Assembly: GCA_963676565.1 (NCBI GenBank)
Contig: OY781089.1
Location: forward strand, 640,001-704,000
Length of the DNA: 64,000 nucleotides
Direction of reading: 5' to 3'
Source of the DNA: Halarcobacter sp.
GTDB taxonomy: Bacteria; Campylobacterota; Campylobacteria; Campylobacterales; Arcobacteraceae
The notes beneath the pieces are model-generated. The model was not told the DNA's origin and searched no databases. It saw nothing but the letters and a program-made list of their open reading frames with translations. How positions within the stretch are numbered: position 1 is the first letter of the stretch; the number at the start of each line of letters is the position of its first letter. Both the position numbers and the translations under genes were made by a program. Shown here in pieces: positions 1 to 8,794 of the stretch.

Positions 1-52
1 TTTTATGTAATATAGGCATAAAATATAGAGAAAATAAATAAAAGGAGACAAA

Positions 53-265
53 ATGAGTATTTCAATCATTAGAGAACAAGATTCTAACACTATCTCTAAA
101 ATTAAAAAGAAGTATGATGTATTTAGAGTTATTACAATGAAAAAAGGTAATTTAAATATTATTGAATTTTTTAATAAAGATGGTGCATTTAGAGGATTTG
201 GGAAAAGTTCAAAAGAAGCTTATAGAAAAGCTAAGAAAACACTTAAAAACTACTACGCAGCTTAA
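53..265 (+). CDS. Small basic hypothetical protein (70 aa)
   Basis: ORF with AAGGAG RBS just upstream; no family recognised. Confidence 0.75.
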   Translation: MSISIIREQDSNTISKIKKKYDVFRVITMKKGNLNIIEFFNKDGAFRGFGKSSKEAYRKAKKTLKNYYAA

Positions 266-273
266 GCGTTAAA

Positions 274-297
274 GAAGAAGAGCTTAAGCTCTTCTTC
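274..297. terminator. Perfect 24-bp palindrome between convergent genes, overlapping the helicase stop; probable bidirectional terminator
   Basis: GAAGAAGAGCTTAAGCTCTTCTTC is its own reverse complement. Confidence 0.6.
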
Positions 298-1759
298 CTC
301 TTCTTTCTGATGAATTTCTATCCGATGAGTTTCTATTTCTAGATCTTCCACCTCTATCATTTCTAGGTTTTCCACCTCTGTTATATCCACCTCGGCCTCT
401 ACCTCTTGAGTTTCTATCACCACCTCTATCATTTTGAAGTCTTTCAAAAAGTCTTTGGATGTCATTTTCTGATTTACCTATATAGTTCCCACCTTTAACA
501 TATGTCTCATTTGTTAAAATAGAAGCTAGTTTATGGGCAATAGTTGATAAGTCATATCCTTCTTTTAGAGATTCAACTAAATCAATCCCAGAATCATAAA
601 CTTTTTGATCTATAATTTTACTTTTTAATGAATCAGTTTTTTTCTCTTTTACAGAATTAATATTTGGGATAACTTTTGCTTCAAGTTTTCCACCTGTATC
701 TTTTTGAATTTTTTGTAACATTCTAAATTCATGTGGAGTAACAATTGAAACTGCCATACCCTCTTTACCAGCACGTCCAGTTCTACCAATTCTATGAACA
801 TAAGATTCTGAATCAAATGGTAAGTGGTAATTAAATACGTGAGTTACGTCATTAACGTCTAATCCCCTTGCAGCAACATCTGTAGCAATTAAAATCTCTA
901 ATTTACTTTTTTTAAATGCTTTAATAGCTTCTTCTCTTTGTCTTTGTTCCATATCTCCATGAAGTCCCTTTGCTGAGAAACCTTGAGATACTAAAAAAGT
1001 AGAAAGTCTATCAACTTCTTTTTTTGTTCTACAAAAAATAATAGATTTTTCAGGGTTTTTAAAATCATACAGTCTAATTAATGCATCATCTCTTTCATGT
1101 TCATCAACAACATAAAAAGATTGAGTGATTTTTGAATTTGTAACTTCACTTTGTGTGATTGTAATAAACTCTGGCTCTTTTAAAATAGATTTAGCTAAAT
1201 TTTTAATAGCTGTTGGCATAGTTGCCGAGAATAACAATGTTTGTCTTTGATCAGGAAGATATGTAAAAATCTCTTTTATATCATCCAAAAATCCCATATC
1301 TAACATCTCATCTGCTTCATCTAAAACAACAAAAGATGGTTTAATATTGATTTTTCCACCCTTTAAAAGATCTAGAAATCTTCCTGGTGTAGCAATAATT
1401 ATACCTGCATTTTCCACATGTTTTAATTGTCTTGAATATGATTGTCCACCATAAACAGTTGCTGTATTAATTTTTAGATTTTTACCAAATCTAAATAACT
1501 CATCTGAAACTTGCATTGCTAGTTCTCTAGTTGGAACAATAACTACAGCTTCAACACTGCCATTTGCTTTCATCATATTTAATAATGGAAGTCCAAATGC
1601 AGCAGTTTTACCTGTACCTGTATGTGCTTGTCCAACAATATCTTTCCCTTCTAAAACTACTGGGATAGCGTCTTTTTGGATTGGACTTGGCTCTTTAAAT
1701 CCAGCTTCATTGATCGCATCTTGCAATCTCTCTTTAAAATTAAACTCGTTAAAAGTCAT
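284..1759 (-). CDS. DEAD-box ATP-dependent RNA helicase (CshA/DeaD-like) with RG-rich C-terminal tail
   Basis: Q motif, GTGKT, PTRELA, DEAD, SAT and HRIGRTGR motifs. Confidence 0.95.
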   Translation of the reverse strand: MTFNEFNFKERLQDAINEAGFKEPSPIQKDAIPVVLEGKDIVGQAHTGTGKTAAFGLPLLNMMKANGSVEAVVIVPTRELAMQVSDELFRFGKNLKINTATVYGGQSYSRQLKHVENAGIIIATPGRFLDLLKGGKINIKPSFVVLDEADEMLDMGFLDDIKEIFTYLPDQRQTLLFSATMPTAIKNLAKSILKEPEFITITQSEVTNSKITQSFYVVDEHERDDALIRLYDFKNPEKSIIFCRTKKEVDRLSTFLVSQGFSAKGLHGDMEQRQREEAIKAFKKSKLEILIATDVAARGLDVNDVTHVFNYHLPFDSESYVHRIGRTGRAGKEGMAVSIVTPHEFRMLQKIQKDTGGKLEAKVIPNINSVKEKKTDSLKSKIIDQKVYDSGIDLVESLKEGYDLSTIAHKLASILTNETYVKGGNYIGKSENDIQRLFERLQNDRGGDRNSRGRGRGGYNRGGKPRNDRGGRSRNRNSSDRNSSERRGRRA

Positions 1760-1951
1760 TTGTTACCTTAATATGTAAATTTAATACACATCAATATAAC
1801 CTTTAACTCAAAACTAAGTATTAAATTAAAAAACTGCGTAAATCGATATTTAAACAGGAGCTTGAATTGCAGACTCAAAGTAAACTATAGATTATATTTT
1901 CGTGTAAGTTGCGGATTATATCTAAATTAAGATAAATATAAGCTTTTATAG

Positions 1952-1977
1952 AATAAGAGTGGTTTCCCACTCTTATT
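1952..1977 (-). terminator. Hairpin immediately downstream of accC
   Basis: AATAAGAGTGG-TTTC-CCACTCTTATT, 11-bp stem. Confidence 0.7.
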
Positions 1978-3329
1978 TATAGGTCTTCTAAACCTTTGTA
2001 GTTTTCTAAATATTTTGTATCGTAGTTATTTGAAATGAAGTCTTTATTTTCCATCATTTTAATATGGAATGGAATTGTTGTTTTAATCCCTTCTACTTCA
2101 AATTCGTTTAAAGCTCTTTTCATAATATTGATAGCTTTCTCTCTATCTCTTCCCCAAACAATTAGTTTTCCAATCATTGAGTCATAGTATGGTGGAACTA
2201 CATATCCAGCATAAACATGTGAATCAACTCTTACGTTTCTTCCACCTGGAACAAACCATTGTTTTACTTTTCCTGGACAAGGTAAGAAGTTATTTGGATC
2301 TTCTGCCGTGATTCTAACCTCAATTGCATGACCTCTAAATTTGATAGACTCTTGAGAAGGTAATTCCTCACCTTCAGCTACTCTAATCATCCATTCAACA
2401 ATATCAAGACCTGATACCATTTCTGAAACAGGATGTTCAACTTGAAGTCTTGTATTCATCTCCATGAAGTATACATTTTGTTTATCATCAGCTAAAAACT
2501 CAAATGTACCAGCACCTTCATATTTTAAATATTTAGTAGCTTTTACAGCAACATCATGAAGATGTTTTCTTGTTTCATCACTTAATAAAATTGCCGGTGA
2601 TTCTTCAATAACTTTTTGGTGTCTTCTTTGTAGAGAACAATCTCTTTCCCCAACATGGATTGCATTACCATGAGAATCACCAATAACTTGAACCTCAATA
2701 TGTCTTGGGTTATTGATAAATCTTTCAAGGTACATAGTACCATCACCAAAAGCAGCTAAGGCTTCAGAAGATGCAGCTGTAAATAGATTTTCAAACTTTT
2801 CTTCAGAATCAATAAGTCTCATACCTCTACCACCACCACCAGCAGCAGCTTTAGCCATAATAGGATATCCAATCTCTTTAGCAACTCTTTTACCCTCTTC
2901 AACAGAGTGTACAGCACCATCAGAACCAGGAACAACAGGAACACCTGCTCTAATCATCTCATCTTTTGCTTTAGATTTATCAGCCATTTTTTCCATAACT
3001 TGAGTTGATGGACCAATAAACTTAATATTGTGTAATCTACAAATTTCAACAAAATCTTGGTTTTCTGATAAAAATCCATATCCTGGGAAAATTGCATCAC
3101 AACCTGTAATTTCAGCAGCAGTAATAATTGCTGGAATATTTAAATATGAATCGATAGATTTAACATCACCAATACAAATTGCTTCATCAGCATGTTTTAA
3201 ATATGCCGCATTTTTATCTCCTGCAGAATAAACAGCAACAGACTTTTTACCCATCTCTCTAATAGTTCTAATAGCTCTTTGAACTATTTCACCTCTATTG
3301 GCGATTAATATTTTTTTAATTTCAGCCAT
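1977..3329 (-). CDS. accC: Acetyl-CoA carboxylase biotin carboxylase subunit
   Basis: ANRGEI, GGGGRGM, ERDCSLQRRHQK and EMNTRLQVEH motifs; adjacent to accB. Confidence 0.96.
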   Translation of the reverse strand: MAEIKKILIANRGEIVQRAIRTIREMGKKSVAVYSAGDKNAAYLKHADEAICIGDVKSIDSYLNIPAIITAAEITGCDAIFPGYGFLSENQDFVEICRLHNIKFIGPSTQVMEKMADKSKAKDEMIRAGVPVVPGSDGAVHSVEEGKRVAKEIGYPIMAKAAAGGGGRGMRLIDSEEKFENLFTAASSEALAAFGDGTMYLERFINNPRHIEVQVIGDSHGNAIHVGERDCSLQRRHQKVIEESPAILLSDETRKHLHDVAVKATKYLKYEGAGTFEFLADDKQNVYFMEMNTRLQVEHPVSEMVSGLDIVEWMIRVAEGEELPSQESIKFRGHAIEVRITAEDPNNFLPCPGKVKQWFVPGGRNVRVDSHVYAGYVVPPYYDSMIGKLIVWGRDREKAINIMKRALNEFEVEGIKTTIPFHIKMMENKDFISNNYDTKYLENYKGLEDL

Positions 3330-3343
3330 GTGAAACTCTCAGC

Positions 3344-3817
3344 TTATACTTTTTCAACTAAGAAAAGTGGCATATCATATTCAACTGGTGCAGAGTTATC
3401 AACTAATACTTTTAAAATTTTACAATCAAATTCAGCTTCAACTTCATTCATGATTTTCATTGCTTCTAAGATACATAAAGTTTGACCTTTTTTAACTGTA
3501 TCACCCTCTTTAACAAAAGCAGGTGCTTCTGGAGATGGAGAAGAATAATAAGTTCCAACCATAGGTGCGTTAATAGTATCACCACAAACACTTGGATCTT
3601 CAGTTGAACAAGTTACTGTATTATTTGCAGTAGAAGCAGGCGCAGGAACTGCAACGGGTGCAGGTGCAGCTAAAGCAGTTGGTGCTTGAGTTACAACAGT
3701 ACCACTTTCAAAACCTTTTTGCATAGATAATTCAAACTCACCTTCTTTTAATTTTAATTTACTTAATTCACTTTTATCAAAAATTCTTATTAATTCTTTT
3801 ACTTCTTTAAAATCCAT
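3344..3817 (-). CDS. accB: Biotin carboxyl carrier protein
   Basis: EAMKIMNE biotinylation motif and Ala/Pro linker; start moved to ATG 3817 (MDFKE) after an AAGG RBS. Confidence 0.95.
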   Translation of the reverse strand: MDFKEVKELIRIFDKSELSKLKLKEGEFELSMQKGFESGTVVTQAPTALAAPAPVAVPAPASTANNTVTCSTEDPSVCGDTINAPMVGTYYSSPSPEAPAFVKEGDTVKKGQTLCILEAMKIMNEVEAEFDCKILKVLVDNSAPVEYDMPLFLVEKV

Positions 3818-4036
3818 ATTTAACCTTTTATTTTTAAATTTAGGCAATAATACCATAAAATTTGTTATAATTTCTTTTTTAAAAATCGATTTTTTTAAAA
3901 AATCTACTCTTTTTAAAGCAAAACTAGTATGAAATTGAATAAAATTAACTAAAAATAGATAAAAAAATAGCAGTTTGTATTTTTACAATTTAAATGAAAT
4001 TTTAATGTAATTAATATGTAACTTTAAAGGATAAGT

Positions 4037-4480
4037 ATGATTAGTGACCTGAACTTTATAAACATTGCCCATGAGATTGCAAGTGCATCAAAATGTGTAT
4101 CTAAACAAGTTGGTGCAGTTATAGTAAAAGATGGAAGAATTTTATCAACTGGATATAATGGAACTCCAGCAGGATATACAAATTGTAGTGAACATTGGAA
4201 TGATGAATATACAAAAGAGCATCATGATTGGTCAAAAACATATGAGATTCATGCTGAGATGAATGCAATTATTTGGGCAGCAAGAAAAGGTATAAGTATA
4301 GAAGATGGTACTATATACGTAACACTAGAACCATGTAGCGAGTGTTCGAAAAATTTAATAGCAGCAGGAATAAAAAGAATCGTTTATGATAAAGCGTATG
4401 AGCATACAAACTCAGAAATTGTATCTAAATTTATTAAAGACAATGGTGTTACAATAGAAAAACTAAATAGAGATGTCTGA
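4037..4480 (+). CDS. dCMP deaminase family protein (ComEB-like)
   Basis: GYNG, HAE and PCxxC zinc-deaminase motifs. Confidence 0.9.
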   Translation: MISDLNFINIAHEIASASKCVSKQVGAVIVKDGRILSTGYNGTPAGYTNCSEHWNDEYTKEHHDWSKTYEIHAEMNAIIWAARKGISIEDGTIYVTLEPCSECSKNLIAAGIKRIVYDKAYEHTNSEIVSKFIKDNGVTIEKLNRDV

Positions 4481-5039
4481 GTTAAATCACAAATTTTATA
4501 AATCATCATATGAAACCTATGGTGTTTCAGCAAAGGGAGTTCACTGGAACTCAATGAAAAATCAATATATTAGATTTGAAGTGTTGACAAAATTTTTTCA
4601 AAAGGATTTAGAAAACTCTTCAATCTTAGATTTAGGTTGTGGCTTTGGTGATTATTTATATTTTTTAGAGAACAAAGAGATTATTCCAAAAGAGTATCTT
4701 GGTATTGATTGTGAAGAGTTTATGGTAGAAGAATCAAAAAAAAGATTCCCTAAAAACGAATTTAAAATATTAAACTTTTTAGAAGAGGAAATTCCTTCAA
4801 AGGATTATATTCTTTGTAGTGGAGCATTAAACATATTAAAAGAGAAAGAGTTTTTTTATGCAATAGAAAAATGTTTTAATTCTTCAAAAAAAGGTTTTGC
4901 CTTTAATTTTTTGAAAAAAGACTCCTTTAATAAGATAAAAGAGGAAACGATTATCGATTTTTGTAATAATTTAAGTAAAAAAGTAATCATCTCAAATCCT
5001 TATTTACCAAACGATACAAGTATATTTATTAAAAAATAG
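4473..5039 (+). CDS. Class I SAM-dependent methyltransferase
   Basis: ILDLGCGFG motif I; start overlaps the deaminase end. Confidence 0.85.
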   Translation: MSELNHKFYKSSYETYGVSAKGVHWNSMKNQYIRFEVLTKFFQKDLENSSILDLGCGFGDYLYFLENKEIIPKEYLGIDCEEFMVEESKKRFPKNEFKILNFLEEEIPSKDYILCSGALNILKEKEFFYAIEKCFNSSKKGFAFNFLKKDSFNKIKEETIIDFCNNLSKKVIISNPYLPNDTSIFIKK

Positions 5040-5054
5040 ATTTCTTAACAATTA

Positions 5055-5939
5055 TCAAACATATTGTATTGGAAGATATAAAGTTGCTTCAAACCTTCCA
5101 CTTGAATGAGTATAATGGTTTTGTTTTAATATAGTATGTGCAGGATTTGTTGTAGTTTCAAAACCACTTTTTGGAAGCCAATCTTGATACACCCATTGTA
5201 ATAATCTTAAGATATCTCCGTGAACTCCACTAATCTCAAAAGAAGCATATAATCCTCCTGAAATTTTAAAATAAGGTAAATTGGTATTAGATAAATCTAT
5301 TTCCTCTTCAACAAAAACTGCTGCAACATAAACACAATCATTTGCTGGGGTAATTACAGGATTATCATGGTAAAAAGCCAATTCTTTGTATTTTGTTATG
5401 TTATTAGTAAAAATCCAAGCTTGAATCTTTTGCCATGTTTTTTTTAATGACTCTTTACTATACCCTTTGTTTCTTAGATAATAAATCTTCATAGGATCAA
5501 CTTTTACAATTTTTGGTTCACTTTTGTCAAGATTTTTAATCTCATCAAAATTAATATCAATATTTTTTAAAATATTATTAGCATAATTTTTATATCCACC
5601 ATCTCTCCAGCTTTTAGGGGTTTCATTAAATCTTAATCTAAAAGCTCTTATAAATGAAGTTTGTGAAGAGTAACCACACATAATAGCAATTTGTTTAATT
5701 GTAGATGATTTATTAGTAAGAAGTAGATTAGAAGCTTTATATAATCTAATATCTTTAATTGCTTCATATATGTTTTTTCCTATTTGTTCTTTGAATATAT
5801 TTTGAAAATATACACGACTAAGTTCAAATTTAGCGGCTAGTTCGTTAATATTTATATCTGTGTCTATATTATTGTATATATAGTTCATTGTATAGTTTGC
5901 TATTTGAGTATGTTTTTTTTGGGTTGTCTTTTTTTGCAT
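5055..5939 (-). CDS. AraC-family regulator with C-terminal GyrI-like domain
   Basis: N-terminal double HTH (IAIMCGYSSQTSFIRAF) and C-terminal YHDNP...WLPKSG GyrI-like segment. Confidence 0.88.
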   Translation of the reverse strand: MQKKTTQKKHTQIANYTMNYIYNNIDTDININELAAKFELSRVYFQNIFKEQIGKNIYEAIKDIRLYKASNLLLTNKSSTIKQIAIMCGYSSQTSFIRAFRLRFNETPKSWRDGGYKNYANNILKNIDINFDEIKNLDKSEPKIVKVDPMKIYYLRNKGYSKESLKKTWQKIQAWIFTNNITKYKELAFYHDNPVITPANDCVYVAAVFVEEEIDLSNTNLPYFKISGGLYASFEISGVHGDILRLLQWVYQDWLPKSGFETTTNPAHTILKQNHYTHSSGRFEATLYLPIQYV

Positions 5940-5951
5940 TTTTCCTTTATT

Positions 5952-5989
5952 ATATTAAAAATAGATATAAAAAATATTAAAAATAGATA
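5952..5989. promoter_or_regulatory. 16-bp direct repeat with 22-bp period; candidate AraC-type operator
   Basis: ATATTAAAAATAGATA at 5952-5967 and 5974-5989 between the divergent AraC gene and lutA. Confidence 0.5.
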
Positions 5990-6082
5990 ACTATTTATCC
6001 AAAATTATCACACTTTTCTTATACAATGATATTAGAATGATTAGATAATGTAAAAAAACCAAAAGGTACACTAGGAGAGAAG

Positions 6083-6823
6083 ATGAAAGTAGGTTTGTTT
6101 ATTCCCTGTTTTATGAACGAACTTTACCCTAATTGTGGTATTGCAACTTTAAACATTTTAAAGAAATTAGATATTGAAGTAGAATATCCAATGGAACAAA
6201 CATGTTGTGGTCAAGCGATGTCAAATTCGGGTTGTTCAAAAGATATGAAGGTATTAGCAGAACAGTTTGTTGATATTTTTAAAAAATATGATTATGTGGT
6301 TGCTCCAACTGGGTCTTGTGTGGTAACAGTAAAAGATCACTATAAACCATTTTTTGAAGAAGATGATAAAGCTTATAATAAAGTAAAAACATCAATTTAT
6401 GAGATAAGTGAATTTTTACATGATGTTTTAAAAATTGAAAAATTAGATGCTAAATTCCCTCACAAAGTTGGACTACACAATTCATGTCATGGACATAGAA
6501 TGTTAGATTTAGGGACACCTACTGAGTTAAATATTCCATATAACAATAAACTAAGAAATCTTCTTGAAATGGTTGAAGGTATAGAGATCGTTGAGTTAAA
6601 TAGAGAAGATGAGTGTTGTGGATTCGGTGGAACTTTTTCTGTAACAGAACCAGATATTTCTGTAGCTATGGGAAAAGATAGGATAAAAGATCATATTGAT
6701 TCAGATGCTCAAATCATAACAGGTGCAGATATGTCTTGTTTGATGCATATGGAAGGTATCATTAATAGAGAAAAATTACCAGTAAAAGTTATGCATATAA
6801 CTGAAATCTTAGTAGGGGAGTAG
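6083..6823 (+). CDS. lutA: L-lactate utilisation protein A (CCG-domain Fe-S protein, LutA/LldE)
   Basis: Two CCG motifs (QTCCGQ, ECCGFGGTF); first of a three-gene lut operon. Confidence 0.9.
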   Translation: MKVGLFIPCFMNELYPNCGIATLNILKKLDIEVEYPMEQTCCGQAMSNSGCSKDMKVLAEQFVDIFKKYDYVVAPTGSCVVTVKDHYKPFFEEDDKAYNKVKTSIYEISEFLHDVLKIEKLDAKFPHKVGLHNSCHGHRMLDLGTPTELNIPYNNKLRNLLEMVEGIEIVELNREDECCGFGGTFSVTEPDISVAMGKDRIKDHIDSDAQIITGADMSCLMHMEGIINREKLPVKVMHITEILVGE

Positions 6824-6826
6824 AAA

Positions 6827-8206
6827 ATGAGCATACATAATCACCCACTTAAAGCAAAAGAGTTTGTTGCAAATGATGAGAGAATGCATTGGCACGACAA
6901 AGCCTTATGGTTTGTAAGAGAAAAAAGAGATAAAGCTTCTAAAAGTATTCCTGAATGGGAACAGTTAAGAACTTTTGCAGATCAAGTAAAAACCCATACT
7001 ATGGCAAATCTTGATAAATATCTTTTAGAGTTTGAAAAGAATGCTTCTAAAAAAGGTATTAAAGTTCATTTTGCAAAGGATGCACAAGAGCATAATGAAA
7101 TAGTATATAAGATTTTAAAAGAAAACAGTGTTAAAAAAGTTGTTAAATCAAAATCTATGTTAACCGAAGAGTGCCATTTAAATCCTTTCTTAGAAGGTAA
7201 AGGTTTAGAGGTTGTTGATACAGATTTAGGTGAAAGAATTGTTCAATTTAGAAAAGAGGTTCCTTCACATATTGTTCTTCCTGCAATTCACTTAAAAAAA
7301 GAGGATGTATCTGATACTTTTCATAAAGAATTAAATACCGAAAAAGGAAATTCAGATCCAACATATTTAACAAGAGCAGCAAGAGCTCACCTAAGAGAAA
7401 AGTTTTTAAATGCAGATGCAGGAATTACTGGAGTAAACTTTGCAATAGCACAGACAGGTGGAGTTGTAGTTTGTACAAATGAAGGAAATGCAGATATGGG
7501 TTCTTCTTTACCAAAACTACATATTGCATCAATGGGTATTGAAAAAATCATCCCTAGACTTGAAGACTTAAGTGTCTTTACAAGATTACTTGCAAGAAGT
7601 GCAACGGGACAACCTATAACTTCATATACATCACATTTCCATGGGCCAATTGAAGGTGGTCAGATGCATATTGTCATAGTTGATAACAAGAGAAGTCCAT
7701 TTTTACAATCAAAATCGTATAAAAAAGCTTTAAACTGTATTAGATGTGGTGCTTGTATGAATACTTGCCCAATTTATAGAAGAAGTGGTGGACATTCATA
7801 CGATTATGTTATCCCTGGGCCTATTGGTTCAACATTAGGAACATTTAGAGATCCTAAAAAACATAAAACTTTATCATTTGCTTGTAGTTTATGTGGTTCT
7901 TGTTCAAATGTATGTCCAGTTAAGATTGACCTTGATTCTCAACTATATACACACAGACAAGATTTAAGGGAAAAAGATATTATCTCAACTAAGAAAAAAT
8001 TGATTATACAGGCAGCTGTTTGGTTAATGACAAAACCAAAACTATTTACCTTTGCAGGAAAAGTTGCAAGAAAACTAGTTCCTATTATGCCAAGGGCACT
8101 TTTATACAATAAATTTAATGTTTGGGGTGAAGGTAGAGAGTTACCACCTTTTCCAAAGAAAAGTTTTAAAGAGATTTACAAAGAAGGATTAGAAAATGAC
8201 AAGTAA
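6827..8206 (+). CDS. lutB: L-lactate utilisation Fe-S protein B (LutB/LldF)
   Basis: KSKSM, TDLGE, NEGN and two 4Fe-4S motifs (CIRCGACMNTCP, CSLCGSCSNVCP). Confidence 0.93.
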   Translation: MSIHNHPLKAKEFVANDERMHWHDKALWFVREKRDKASKSIPEWEQLRTFADQVKTHTMANLDKYLLEFEKNASKKGIKVHFAKDAQEHNEIVYKILKENSVKKVVKSKSMLTEECHLNPFLEGKGLEVVDTDLGERIVQFRKEVPSHIVLPAIHLKKEDVSDTFHKELNTEKGNSDPTYLTRAARAHLREKFLNADAGITGVNFAIAQTGGVVVCTNEGNADMGSSLPKLHIASMGIEKIIPRLEDLSVFTRLLARSATGQPITSYTSHFHGPIEGGQMHIVIVDNKRSPFLQSKSYKKALNCIRCGACMNTCPIYRRSGGHSYDYVIPGPIGSTLGTFRDPKKHKTLSFACSLCGSCSNVCPVKIDLDSQLYTHRQDLREKDIISTKKKLIIQAAVWLMTKPKLFTFAGKVARKLVPIMPRALLYNKFNVWGEGRELPPFPKKSFKEIYKEGLENDK

Positions 8207-8780
8207 AGAGCAGATTTTACAAAGCATTAGAAATAATAATGTAGTTGTTGATACAGAGTTACCTTCTTATAAAAATATTGGGATTAAATATGAAAATCCC
8301 TATGATCAGTTTTCTACAATGCTAGAGAGTGTTGGAGGGAAAGCACTTTTTATAAAAAAAGAGGAATTAGATAAGACAATTTCAGAACTGTATCCTAATG
8401 AAAAACAAATAGCTTCAAATGTGGATGGCTTCACCCTTGGTAATTTTGATTCAAATGCACAAGATGATCCTCACAAACTAAAAGATATAGATTTAGCAGT
8501 GGTAAAAGGTGATTTTGCAATCTCTGAGAATGGTGCAGTGTGGTTAAATAATCCAGAAAATAGACATAGAAGTTTATATTTTATTGCACAAAATATTGTA
8601 ATTGTAGTTGATAAGAAAAATATTGTTCATAATATGCATGAAGCCTATGAGCAAATAAATTTTGATAAATCAACATATGGTGTATTTGTAAGTGGCCCAT
8701 CAAAAACTGCAGATATTGAACAATCATTAGTAATAGGAGCTCACGGACCAAAATCAGGATATGTAATTTTTATTGATTAA
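8196..8780 (+). CDS. lutC: L-lactate utilisation protein C (LutC/LldG)
   Basis: SGPSKTADIEQSLVIGAHGP LUD-domain signature. Confidence 0.92.
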   Translation: MTSKEQILQSIRNNNVVVDTELPSYKNIGIKYENPYDQFSTMLESVGGKALFIKKEELDKTISELYPNEKQIASNVDGFTLGNFDSNAQDDPHKLKDIDLAVVKGDFAISENGAVWLNNPENRHRSLYFIAQNIVIVVDKKNIVHNMHEAYEQINFDKSTYGVFVSGPSKTADIEQSLVIGAHGPKSGYVIFID

Positions 8781-8794
8781 TGATATAATCTTTT

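Noticed and set aside
262..465. 67-aa ORF overlapping the helicase 3' end
   Set aside because: Alternative frame of the purine-rich RG tail; no independent evidence
2713..3231. Antisense ORFs inside accC, and similar ones inside dctP, dctM, dld, gatB, nrdA, purB, nifV and nifB
   Set aside because: Shadow ORFs opposite well-supported genes, without RBS or motifs
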